NCBI GenBank assembly: GCA_037138355.1
Contig: JBAXIL010000015.1
Location: 1 to 37,714, forward strand
From: a bacterium
GTDB taxonomy: Bacteria > Oederibacteriota > PGYV01 > Palsa-1178
DNA length: 37,714 nt
Direction of reading: 5' to 3'
Part shown: one piece after another, positions 17,228 to 26,765 of the stretch
How positions within the stretch are numbered: the first letter of the stretch is position 1
Layout: every line of letters begins with the position of its first letter
Program-made: the position numbers and the translations under genes
The notes under the pieces: model-generated
The model's input: the letters and a program-made list of their open reading frames with translations, nothing else
Database searches by the model: none
Told to the model about the DNA's origin: nothing

Positions 17228-19156
17228 TTACTTTTGTCTCCGCTCATATTGTCTTATTTGCTTAAGCATATTCTGAATCTTCAATTCTTTACTACCGTTT
17301 TTAGAATCAATTTCTGCAGCTTTAAACATATAAAATTTAGCATTAACAATATCATGAAGGGTAAAATATACACACCCTAAGTTATAATAATAATCTTTAT
17401 CTGGGTTTATTTCAATAGATTTTTTATATGCTATTATTGCCTCTGGAACTCTTTTCTGCATAAAATAAATATTTCCAAGATTGTTAAACAGGGCTGCGTT
17501 ATTACTATTATCCGAAGCTCTTTTCATATACTTTTCAGCTAAATCAAGGTCCCCTTTTATATAGTAAATATAAGACAAATCCATAAGTGCTGGTGTTAAA
17601 TATGGGTCAACTAATAACATTTTATTATATTCAGCTACTGCCTCATCCTGTCTCCCCAAAGCTTTTAAGACAACACCTTTTTTATAATGCAAAAGCACAT
17701 AGTTAGGGGCAAGCTTTTCAACGGCTTCAAATGTTTTCAGTGCAATTAAGCCGTTAAGTTCAGGATTGAAATCATAGTAAGCACTCGCCAGAAAATAATT
17801 TGCTGGAACATTGTTTTTATTATATAAAAGTGCTTGGCTATAGTCGTCTATTGCCGCTTGCCATTGTTTTGTCTCGGACAAAGAGATAGCACGCTTAAGA
17901 TAAATATCAGAAATATGTATTGCAAATTGATAAGTCATAACTATTACAATAATTATAGGGACTAAGACAATTACAATTTTTCTCCAGCTATTAGCTAAGC
18001 TTACAAAAGCCACTTTTCTACCATTTAACAATGTGCCAGCAAAGACCGCAGCAAGCATTGCTGAAGTCCCATAATTAATATCTACGCCTGTTAAGTTTAC
18101 TGCTATAAGTCCACAAAAAGCCGCATAATAGTCGCCCTTTTCAGGCTCTATTTTCTTAAGTATAATCCACAGAATGAAAAGAAGTATAGCAAGCCCTACA
18201 AGCCCATATTCTGCAGCAGTTTGTAATAGTATATTTTCTGGATAAGATACTTCATAACTATGCTTATATGATTGTTTTATTATTTCCACAGGTCTAAAAA
18301 CTGGGAAAGCCACAGAGAAAGAACCTGGACCAGAGCCAAAAATAGGATTTAGAGCAATCAGTTTTGCAGTGCCAGTCCAAACATTAATTCTGAACTTCAT
18401 AGAATCAGTATTATGAATTAGCATTATTACTGCTAAACCAATGGCAATAACAGCAATAAGAACAGCTGCCATATTTTTTTTGATTTGAACCTTTAAATCT
18501 TTATTCTTTGAAAAGCTCACAATGAAATATATCAGCATTTCTACCGCAAGTGCAGCGAAGGCCCCTTTCGAACCTGTTTTATATAAAAGAAATATCGCAA
18601 GAGCAAGTAAAGCTACTGTAAAAAATAATTTAAATTGCTTTAGCTTTTCTGCTTGTGTCAAAACAAATGGGACAAATACGATAATATAAGCCGCAAAAAA
18701 ATTCGGATTGCCTAAGGTCGCTGGTATTCTCAGATTGAAAGCAAGAAGTTCTGTAAATACTGCAGGAAATAAAACCTGCCCAAGCCCTATAAGGACAACC
18801 GGAATCCCTGATAATAAAAATAGTACTCTGATAATGTCTTTGTTAACTGCAACTTGATTTGCCAAAATAACAAACAGCAAAACAAGAATCAAAACCATAC
18901 TTGCAACAGACAAGGCCGAACTTTGATACTTACTCAAAGAGAAACTCACTATCAACCATAATGGAATAAGAAAAGCAAATAGACTTTGTTTACTAATTGA
19001 TATTTTTTTCGTGCTAATAAATGAAATAAATATAAACATAAGAGAAACAGATAGAATAATTTCTTTAATATAAATGAAGTTATATGATTGTGTCCAAATG
19101 CTAAGTGGCACTGCTATAAGCATGAAAAATATAATTGATCGCATAAATTTTTCCAT
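17228..19156 (-). CDS. O-antigen ligase / O-oligosaccharyltransferase-like (Wzy_C) membrane protein with C-terminal TPR repeats
   Basis: Many TM helices; RIPATLGNPNFFAAY, TGSKGA, RINVW..NPIFGSGPGSF, NILLQTAAEYGLVG; TPRs such as ALFNNLGNIYF..EAIIAYKKSIEINP. Start uncertain (19186, 19156 or 19144). Confidence 0.85.
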   Translation of the reverse strand: MEKFMRSIIFFMLIAVPLSIWTQSYNFIYIKEIILSVSLMFIFISFISTKKISISKQSLFAFLIPLWLIVSFSLSKYQSSALSVASMVLILVLLFVILANQVAVNKDIIRVLFLLSGIPVVLIGLGQVLFPAVFTELLAFNLRIPATLGNPNFFAAYIIVFVPFVLTQAEKLKQFKLFFTVALLALAIFLLYKTGSKGAFAALAVEMLIYFIVSFSKNKDLKVQIKKNMAAVLIAVIAIGLAVIMLIHNTDSMKFRINVWTGTAKLIALNPIFGSGPGSFSVAFPVFRPVEIIKQSYKHSYEVSYPENILLQTAAEYGLVGLAILLFILWIILKKIEPEKGDYYAAFCGLIAVNLTGVDINYGTSAMLAAVFAGTLLNGRKVAFVSLANSWRKIVIVLVPIIIVIVMTYQFAIHISDIYLKRAISLSETKQWQAAIDDYSQALLYNKNNVPANYFLASAYYDFNPELNGLIALKTFEAVEKLAPNYVLLHYKKGVVLKALGRQDEAVAEYNKMLLVDPYLTPALMDLSYIYYIKGDLDLAEKYMKRASDNSNNAALFNNLGNIYFMQKRVPEAIIAYKKSIEINPDKDYYYNLGCVYFTLHDIVNAKFYMFKAAEIDSKNGSKELKIQNMLKQIRQYERRQK

Positions 19157-19204
19157 GCTTATTAGCGTCATTATTTGCACCGGCAATAACTGCCGACAAA
19201 CAAA

Positions 19205-20062
19205 TTAAAAACGCCTGAAAGAACCGCTTGGTTTATTGCTGGCAAGATTCCAAAGCTGCTCATTTAAGAACCTTACAGTTAAGTGCATACTTCCAGCATA
19301 ACCAAATAAAGCGAGTTCTGCCTTTGTGCCCCCCAAGGACCATGTTATATAAGAATTGCTTGGTTTTCCGTTCGGTAAAACGCCTTTTTTAATTGCGCTA
19401 AATCTTTCCTCTATGGGAAGTAACTTTGAATCATTTTTTTCTAATGCAGGATCACCAAATAAGTTTTTAAAGACAGTATATAAGCCCAAAAATCTGCCGT
19501 ATAATATCTCATCTTTATTTGGATTTTCAACCCTTTGTCCTTGGAAGCTTTCGTTTTCTCCAAATTCAAATTTAACTGCATAAAGCTTTCCATTGTATAT
19601 TCCTAAAGACATAAAGTTAGCATGAGGAAGTGGGGCTAAAAACTGCGCCTGTAATATTGCCATAGAACTACTAAAATCAGGATCATTGGTTTCTTTGGTA
19701 TAAGGAAATTTCTTCATAATATCTGCTGCAGTCATTTTCCATGACATACCTTCAAGGAGAAAATTATTTTGGTTAATTGCCCCAAACGCCTTAGCATCAG
19801 ATGTTAAAAATTTTATAGAATACGCACTTACAGTCTCTGCATCTTTAGCTTTTTTCATTTGTAAGAAAATAAAAACTCCAACAACAATTAGTAATCCAAT
19901 AACAGCAAACATTCCAAAAAAGAATTTTTTTATTTGTTTCATATGTTCAAGCTCTTTTGGAGTTAATTCCCTTCTAATAACAGGCAAAGGCGACCCACAA
20001 CCATTACAAAACTTTGCTTCTTCTCTATTTATTTTACCGCAGGCATTGCATTTTCTATCCAT
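19205..20062 (-). CDS. Zinc-ribbon, single-pass membrane protein with unknown C-terminal domain
   Basis: Start placed at ATG 20062 (GGAGG RBS). CNACGKIN..AKFCNGCG zinc ribbon; TM FFFGMFAVIGLLIVVGVFIFL; about 210-aa unrecognised C-terminal domain. Confidence 0.75.
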   Translation of the reverse strand: MDRKCNACGKINREEAKFCNGCGSPLPVIRRELTPKELEHMKQIKKFFFGMFAVIGLLIVVGVFIFLQMKKAKDAETVSAYSIKFLTSDAKAFGAINQNNFLLEGMSWKMTAADIMKKFPYTKETNDPDFSSSMAILQAQFLAPLPHANFMSLGIYNGKLYAVKFEFGENESFQGQRVENPNKDEILYGRFLGLYTVFKNLFGDPALEKNDSKLLPIEERFSAIKKGVLPNGKPSNSYITWSLGGTKAELALFGYAGSMHLTVRFLNEQLWNLASNKPSGSFRRF

Positions 20063-20083
20063 AAAATCCTCCAATATTTAATG

Positions 20084-23000
20084 TTACCTAATCGTTTCCT
20101 TTTTTAATTTTCGTATTCCAAACTTCGTCAACTTGGCAGAGACAGTGCCTTTAGCTGTTATCTGATAAAGGATGAGGCCATCTTCAACTGCTGCCGCATC
20201 CCATATAGAACTACTATATGTATTCCCTGTCTTTATTTCTTCCATAGTACCCAATATTTTTCCTGACTCAGTATATATTTTGATAGTGACATTTCCATCT
20301 TCTGGTATCAAATAGCTAAATATTATCTTATTTGTAGCTTGCTCATAAAAAGCAGATATCTCACTTGAGATATTTATTATTTTCTCTGGTTCATCTGCTT
20401 TTAATTCTAATCCAGAAATTAATTGAGGTGGCATATTTTTTGTTAACACCTTCAATTTTATCTTACATACTGGTAAATTATCCAAAGCATAATTTCCATC
20501 TTTGTCTGAAATACTTGTACCGAGTGTAGTTCCATCTTCTCTCATAATTTCCACAGCAGAACCAGCCAGTGGCATAATGCCATTAGATTGTGTGACTACA
20601 CCTCTTATGGTAACTTTTGTCTTAATCTTTATTTTGAAGTGATTTGCGTTCTTACCTATTATACCTTCTTTATCCACTGAAATTATATGAAAGTACCATG
20701 TTCCATCTGTCAAATCTGATAGTTCTATATTTGTGTCCATAATTTTTGAATTTTTAGGAGTCGGTATACTTTTCTCCACTGTGTCAAGGAGGTAATAATA
20801 TCCTATTATTTCATTTACATAATCCATTGGTTTCCATTGTAGCTTCACATTTGTTTCCCTATACCACTTTTCCTGTTCCTGATGTGTCAGTGAGAACACA
20901 AATGGTGGAGGCGGTGTCATAGCAACATTTATCTGCCTACTTGAAGCTTCAGCTGAAATATTTCCAGCACCATCTTTAGCCAACACATGAATATACCAAA
21001 AGCCATCTGGCACATCCACAAAAGAAGCCATTGTCCCGCGAGTCCAGCTTGCATTTGTTATATCTATCTCCATATTTTTAATCTGATTGAAGATATAGTA
21101 ATATCCTTCTATTCCTGCAGGATCAGTAGGTGTTGTCCAAGAAAAAGAAGGGGCATTATTATTATACCATTGATTAAAATCTGAGTGAGTTATGGATGTG
21201 ATTACAGGCGATTTTGGTTTTGTAGTATCTAAGTTGATTAAATAATGTGTCGCTTCTTCAGACATATTACCTGCCTCATCCTTTGAGATTATATGAAAGT
21301 ACCATGTTCCGTCAGATGTGTTTTTGAAATCAATTTCATTGTCTATATACCAAGTGCCATTTCTTAGTCCTGGCATGGTAGTTGCTATTTGATCAAATAT
21401 ATAATAGTAGCCCATTATTTTCGTGGCATCTTGCGGTGTATCCCATATTAATTTAATATTTTTACCATTATACCAATCCTGTTGCATAGGATGTGTCAAA
21501 GAACGCACCACCGGTGGCATAGAGAATCTATCGCATATTGCAAGCACTTGTTTATTACCACTTTCTCTTTCATTTCCAACTTTATCAACAGCACGGACAG
21601 TATAATAATATATTATGCCATCTTCTAATTCTTTTGAATCATCTGTAAACTTTGTTTCTATAATAGCACCATCATTATTAATCTGCATTCCCAATTGGGC
21701 TGAAACAGATGAACGATATATGCGATAAAAAGCCAGACCAGATATAGAATCAACTGCCTTTGCCCACTCTAAATATATTTTACCTTCTTTTATAGGTTTA
21801 GCAATCAAGTGCATTATCTGTGATGGTGGGGAGATATCTATAGTTGTGTGTATGGAATCTTGTTCAAAATATGCAGACCAGTTACCAGCATTGTCGCGAG
21901 CTTTTACTCTAAAATAATATGTAATGCTATCCTCGCCTTTAAAAACTGTAGTTTTATTTTTTGTGTCCTTGAGCCATATTTTCCATTTACCTTTTTCTCC
22001 TTCTTTATATTCTAAATCAAAACTATATATACCTGATTCTTTATCATCTCCGGTCCACTCTACTGCAAAGTTTTCTGTATTATGAAACTTCTTCAAATCG
22101 CTTATTGAAACCTCTGGTGGATTTGTTTCAATTTTGAATTTATAATGACTTGCCTTAGTACCAGTATTGCCTGCTTTATCAGTTAATATTATGTGACAGA
22201 ACCATTCTCCGTCATCCAAGTTTTCCATAATTTTAATGGTGGTATCTTTTGAGAACTTTGCTGTTTTATTATCTGGCATAGTATCAGGATTTCTATCCAC
22301 CATATAATAAAATCCCTCTACTCCTGATAAATCATCTGACCGCTCTATAACAAATACTGGATTAACCGAGCAGTAATACCTGTCAGAGTTTGGATGCGTG
22401 GAAGACGACACCACAGGTGGATCAGCCTTTAAGTCCACATTGATTTTAAAAATGTAAGGATCTTCGCCTATATTTCCAGCATTATCCTCAGCTATTATGT
22501 GGAAATAATATACGCCTTCCTTCTCTACTACAAAATCTGCTTCTCTCTTATCAGTAATAGTAGCAAGATCTGATGGTATTTTTAAATGTTTATCTTTTGC
22601 AAACAGATAGTAAAATTGTTTAATTTTAGACAAATCCTGAGGAATGGTCCAACTAAGCTTTATTATACCGCTATTATACCAACGCTCCTGTGACATATGT
22701 GTTAAGGATGTTACAACAGGCTGGTCCACTACAGTGTCTACTTTTATCCTAAAGTGTGTTGCCTCCCAGCCAAAATTCCCTGCATTATCTTTTGATATTA
22801 TATGAAAATACCAGATGCCATCTTTTAGTTGTGGCAGAGTAATCTGATTTGACGGTAACCAATCCCCAAAATCTTTAGATGGGACGGTATTATGCTTTTC
22901 ATCCAGCACATAATAATAACCTTCTATGCCGGACATATCGTTTGGTGTATCCCAATGAAGTTCAGGAATAGAATTGTTATACCATAATTCCTGATCAGCA

Positions 23001-25630
23001 TGAGTATTAGAAAAAATCTTCGGTGGATTTGCGACAGTATCAATATTAAAACGATAATGAGAAGCCGTACTTCCTGTATTGCCAGCCTTATCTTTTGACA
23101 CCACATGTAAATACCATTCACCGTCTTGCAAATCACCAGAGAAAATAATATCTTTATCAATCCAAGTCGCATCCAGTTGCGGAATAGTTTTTTCTTGATT
23201 ATCTATACAATAATAAAAACCTTCTATACCAGACAGGTCTTCTGGCTTTGTTAATTTAAACTGTGCTTTTTTAATGTTATACCACTTATGCGGGTCAGGA
23301 TGTCCCACCGATGATATATATGGTGGCAATGCCTGTGTGTCCACATTGAAAGCAAAATGAGTGGTACCTTCAGAAATATTTCCAGCCATATCTTTTGACT
23401 TCACATGTATATACCATGTGCCATCTTGTTTATCCTTGAGTTCCAAATCGCTCGTCATTTTATATATACAATCATTTTCTTGCGGTTCGGTATCAGCACG
23501 CTGGTCAACTAAGTAATAAAAACCTTCAATGCCTGACATATCTTGTGGCTTTGCCAAATGTATTTCAATTTTTTTAGAATTATACCATGACTTCTCATCT
23601 GGATTTGTATGAGAACTAATAACTGGAGGTAAAGCATGAGTGTCTATATTTATTCTCAAATGTGCTGCTTTTGTCCCTGTGTTTCCAGCCTTATCTTTTG
23701 AAACTATATGAAAATATTTTGTTCCATCATCTAATGATTTAATTCTCACCATATTAGAATCTAAGAAAATTCCATTTTTTTCAGTTGGATTCGTATTTGG
23801 CATTTCATCTATAATATAATAATAGCCTTCAATCCCAGAGAAATCCTGTGGCTGCAACCACTGAATAATTGGCATATTATTTGTGTACCATTTTTCAGTA
23901 TCAGGGTGTGTGCTTGACACTGGTTCAGGTGATGATGCTAATGTATCAATTTTCACCATAAAATGTGAAACTTCAGGACTTATATTTCCTGCCTTGTCTT
24001 CTATTAGAACATGGAAATACCAAATACCTTCTTCAAGATTTTTGACAGTAACTCCATCTTTGAGTGTAGCAGTACATTTTTCTACCACTGGTTTTGTGTC
24101 AGGATTTCTATCTACGAAATATAAATACTGCTTTACATCAGGGTGCATACCCCAGTCTAAAGTAACATCTGCTTTTGAATACCACTGCTCTTGGTCGGGA
24201 TGAGATACAGATATAAGCTTCGGAATAACCGCAGCAGATGTTGTAAAGCTATAATCCTGAAGTATTCCAGAAAAGCTTCCCACATCCGAATAAGTAAGTA
24301 TTCTAAAATGGTATTCGTTTAAAGATTTTAAATTATTTAGTGTTATTCTATGTTTATTAGTCATGGTTTCATTGATAATATTATTGCCGTATGTTTTGTC
24401 TGTGCCATACTCTACTATAGTCCGTGCTTCTCTGTCAGTGGACCAAGTAATAACAGCACTATGAGATGTTATCTCTGTCACTTGAGCATCATATAATCCA
24501 GGTGGCGGTGTATTTGAAATAGTGGTTCTAAATATCCTGCCTTTAGCTGAAGAACCAAAATATAAATAACCATTAAATAAATGCAGTACTCTTATGTCCT
24601 CTTCGTCCGTTTGAAAAGCCAACTCCCACGCCTTGCCATCTAAGGTCTTATAAACTCTGCCATTATCGCCTGTTCCCAAATACATACCATTTCCGAAAGC
24701 CTCAAACTTATAAAAATTGGCATCCTTTTCAGAGAAAAAGTTTTCAACCCAGTTAATACCATCTTCTGTCATATAGACCAGTCCGCCGCTGGCTTTTGCA
24801 GTTGATACAAAAAGTTTATTTTTAAATACAAAAAAATCATTAACAAAACTTTGATTTGTATCAAAAATTTTCTGCCAGTTTACACCATCAGAAGTTCTAA
24901 AAACCAAACCATTTGGATATGTTCCAGCATATAGATAATCACGATATAAACCAAAACAAGATATTGCCAACTCAGAAGTATTTAACGCAACTACCCAGTT
25001 AGTTCCATTATAAGTATATATTTTTCCTTCCGTGGAAGTACCAGCAAAGAGTCGGCCACGAAAAGCTTCCAGACAATGTATCCTTGCTTCTCCGCTATTA
25101 AATGAAAGCGACCAGTTTTTTCCGTCTAAGGTTTCATATATTCCGCCATTAGCATTTGTTCCGCAAAAAAGTTTTGAAGTACCTAAATCAGAGAAAGCTT
25201 TCATACAATAAACTTGCGGTGTATAATCGCCTAAGCTGTCTTGATCAAAATTTTTGGTATGTCCCACAGGCGGATTAAAATATGGCGAGAAGATATTTGC
25301 TATACTTATAGTCTCCCAAGCTCCCGAGTCGCCCGAAGTGGTTCTGACAACCGAATCCTTATTTGTGCAGGCATAAAGCTGTCCATTAAACTCTTCAAAA
25401 TCATAAATAATCTGCGAAAAATCATTTTCAAAAACAGGAATAAAACCTTCTTTAGGAACATAACGCAGATATAAAGGTATAGCAGCGCGTATATTTTTAA
25501 TAACTTCACTTTTACTCGCGCCACTAACCACAAGCCCCGGAAGATCACTGCACTGTCCAATGTATTTTCCGAGGTCTTCTTTTATAGTAATCTCAAAGTT
25601 AACTGTAATTTCTTTATAATCGTCTTTCAT
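20084..25630 (-). CDS. 1848-aa multidomain protein: HicB-like domain, 7-blade beta-propeller, FN3, ten ~100-aa Ig/FN3-like repeats with two intercalated FN3 domains, carboxypeptidase-regulatory-like domain, FlgD-Ig-like C-terminus
   Basis: One continuous ORF with an AAGGA RBS. Residues ~10-65 are FEITIKEDLGKYIGQCSDLPGLVVSGASKSEVIKNIRAAIPLYL..EGFIP (HicB/UPF0150 pattern). Blades of type LYAGT..G.VFRTSDGVNW. Repeats P..S.THPD...WY...D.SGIEGYYY...DG.WYFH..SKDKAGN....H...IDT. Confidence 0.85.
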   Translation of the reverse strand: MKDDYKEITVNFEITIKEDLGKYIGQCSDLPGLVVSGASKSEVIKNIRAAIPLYLRYVPKEGFIPVFENDFSQIIYDFEEFNGQLYACTNKDSVVRTTSGDSGAWETISIANIFSPYFNPPVGHTKNFDQDSLGDYTPQVYCMKAFSDLGTSKLFCGTNANGGIYETLDGKNWSLSFNSGEARIHCLEAFRGRLFAGTSTEGKIYTYNGTNWVVALNTSELAISCFGLYRDYLYAGTYPNGLVFRTSDGVNWQKIFDTNQSFVNDFFVFKNKLFVSTAKASGGLVYMTEDGINWVENFFSEKDANFYKFEAFGNGMYLGTGDNGRVYKTLDGKAWELAFQTDEEDIRVLHLFNGYLYFGSSAKGRIFRTTISNTPPPGLYDAQVTEITSHSAVITWSTDREARTIVEYGTDKTYGNNIINETMTNKHRITLNNLKSLNEYHFRILTYSDVGSFSGILQDYSFTTSAAVIPKLISVSHPDQEQWYSKADVTLDWGMHPDVKQYLYFVDRNPDTKPVVEKCTATLKDGVTVKNLEEGIWYFHVLIEDKAGNISPEVSHFMVKIDTLASSPEPVSSTHPDTEKWYTNNMPIIQWLQPQDFSGIEGYYYIIDEMPNTNPTEKNGIFLDSNMVRIKSLDDGTKYFHIVSKDKAGNTGTKAAHLRINIDTHALPPVISSHTNPDEKSWYNSKKIEIHLAKPQDMSGIEGFYYLVDQRADTEPQENDCIYKMTSDLELKDKQDGTWYIHVKSKDMAGNISEGTTHFAFNVDTQALPPYISSVGHPDPHKWYNIKKAQFKLTKPEDLSGIEGFYYCIDNQEKTIPQLDATWIDKDIIFSGDLQDGEWYLHVVSKDKAGNTGSTASHYRFNIDTVANPPKIFSNTHADQELWYNNSIPELHWDTPNDMSGIEGYYYVLDEKHNTVPSKDFGDWLPSNQITLPQLKDGIWYFHIISKDNAGNFGWEATHFRIKVDTVVDQPVVTSLTHMSQERWYNSGIIKLSWTIPQDLSKIKQFYYLFAKDKHLKIPSDLATITDKREADFVVEKEGVYYFHIIAEDNAGNIGEDPYIFKINVDLKADPPVVSSSTHPNSDRYYCSVNPVFVIERSDDLSGVEGFYYMVDRNPDTMPDNKTAKFSKDTTIKIMENLDDGEWFCHIILTDKAGNTGTKASHYKFKIETNPPEVSISDLKKFHNTENFAVEWTGDDKESGIYSFDLEYKEGEKGKWKIWLKDTKNKTTVFKGEDSITYYFRVKARDNAGNWSAYFEQDSIHTTIDISPPSQIMHLIAKPIKEGKIYLEWAKAVDSISGLAFYRIYRSSVSAQLGMQINNDGAIIETKFTDDSKELEDGIIYYYTVRAVDKVGNERESGNKQVLAICDRFSMPPVVRSLTHPMQQDWYNGKNIKLIWDTPQDATKIMGYYYIFDQIATTMPGLRNGTWYIDNEIDFKNTSDGTWYFHIISKDEAGNMSEEATHYLINLDTTKPKSPVITSITHSDFNQWYNNNAPSFSWTTPTDPAGIEGYYYIFNQIKNMEIDITNASWTRGTMASFVDVPDGFWYIHVLAKDGAGNISAEASSRQINVAMTPPPPFVFSLTHQEQEKWYRETNVKLQWKPMDYVNEIIGYYYLLDTVEKSIPTPKNSKIMDTNIELSDLTDGTWYFHIISVDKEGIIGKNANHFKIKIKTKVTIRGVVTQSNGIMPLAGSAVEIMREDGTTLGTSISDKDGNYALDNLPVCKIKLKVLTKNMPPQLISGLELKADEPEKIINISSEISAFYEQATNKIIFSYLIPEDGNVTIKIYTESGKILGTMEEIKTGNTYSSSIWDAAAVEDGLILYQITAKGTVSAKLTKFGIRKLKKETIR
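20618..24226 (-). repeat. Degenerate ~300-bp protein-level tandem repeat array (7 units, 2 FN3 domains, 3 units)
   Basis: Units 1-7 at about 24226-22124, the FN3 pair at about 22123-21527, units 8-10 at about 21526-20618. They share the THP/WY, SGIEGYYY and DGxWYFH..DxAGN motifs and are diverged at the DNA level. Confidence 0.85.
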
Positions 25631-25668
25631 TTTTTTCCTTTTCTACTTTATTATATACCTACTTATTG

Positions 25669-26133
25669 TTAGCTTTCTTTTATTCTGTAAATCACTGCGG
25701 TTTCATCGCAGTGCTTTGGATACTTAGGACAATTAAAACAATCACGCCATATTTTATGCGGAAGTTTAGATCTTGATATTTTTTTAAAACCGTATTTTAA
25801 AAAGAAATCTGGTATTTTTGTGAGTGCAAATACCTTCTTTATACCTATGCTCTTTGCCTCTTTGATAGCCGAACTAATTAGCTTTTCTCCAAACCCTTTG
25901 TTTCTATATTTTTTTTCTATTACAAGTGACCTTATTTCACCTAAATCTTCCCAATATACATGAAGAGCAACCATACCTGCAGGTCGTTTCTTTCTATCTA
26001 TAATAAAAAAGTCCCTGATTTGTGCAAAGATATCGCCCATAGGCCTTATTATAAGTTCGCCTTCCGCGGAATACTTCTTCAAGAGATCCTGTATTCTGTA
26101 AGCATCTTTTATGTGCGCTTTTCTAATTTTCAT
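25669..26133 (-). CDS. GNAT N-acetyltransferase, short ArgA-like (N-acetylglutamate synthase-like) family
   Basis: IRKA, QIRDFF, ALHVYWEDLGEIRSL, RNKGFG acetyl-CoA loop, VFALT..FF..GF, LPHKIWRDCFNCPKYP.CDETA. Confidence 0.85.
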   Translation of the reverse strand: MKIRKAHIKDAYRIQDLLKKYSAEGELIIRPMGDIFAQIRDFFIIDRKKRPAGMVALHVYWEDLGEIRSLVIEKKYRNKGFGEKLISSAIKEAKSIGIKKVFALTKIPDFFLKYGFKKISRSKLPHKIWRDCFNCPKYPKHCDETAVIYRIKES

Positions 26134-26174
26134 TTTAGATTTATTTACTCCCCACTATTTTTCCAAACAATTAA

Positions 26175-26711
26175 TTACTTTCCCTTAAAATTATAACCCA
26201 ACATAAAAGCTGAAAGATTTTTATCTATAAGTTTTCCAGCCTTAGAACCAAGCATGTCCTTTATAACAAAATTAGCACTTTCTATTTCAAAAAGTTTTTT
26301 AGTGCCGATATAAACACCCGCTAAAACTATATTAGTCACTTTTGCCGCATCCAGTCCTTTTGCAAAATCACTCGCTGGTATTATTACTTTTTTATTTACA
26401 TTTATACTGTCATTAAAAATCAAGGAGCTATTTTCAATCACCAAAGTATTCTCAGAGGTTCTTGGTACATAAGAATCCAGTGCTCTTTGGTCAAAAGCTA
26501 TAAGAGTGTCAGCGGTTTCTACGACAGGGGAAAATATTTCTTCGTCTGATATGATAATACTGCAAAAAGAAAAGCCCCCGCGTTTTTCTGCTCCATAAGA
26601 AGGCAACCATGCCACATTTTTATTTTCATATACAGCCACACGCGCTATGAATACACCAAGAGTCAAAACGCCCTGTCCGCCTGTTCCTGCAATGATAATT
26701 TGTTCTTTCAC
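26175..26711 (-). CDS. 2-oxoacid:ferredoxin oxidoreductase gamma subunit
   Basis: IIIAGTGGQGVL, WLPSYGAEKRGG, IISDEEIFSP; GTG start with GAAGGAG RBS. Confidence 0.93.
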   Translation of the reverse strand: MKEQIIIAGTGGQGVLTLGVFIARVAVYENKNVAWLPSYGAEKRGGFSFCSIIISDEEIFSPVVETADTLIAFDQRALDSYVPRTSENTLVIENSSLIFNDSINVNKKVIIPASDFAKGLDAAKVTNIVLAGVYIGTKKLFEIESANFVIKDMLGSKAGKLIDKNLSAFMLGYNFKGK

Positions 26712-26765
26712 GAAAACTCCTTCATTACACTTATATTTTTTCTCAACTCACAAATACTTTACTTA

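Noticed and set aside
25669..26133. GNAT next to the HicB-like domain as a possible toxin partner
   Set aside because: It carries the LPxKIWxDCxxCPK..CDE signature of short ArgA-like acetyltransferases. Known GNAT toxins pair with RHH antitoxins, not HicB.
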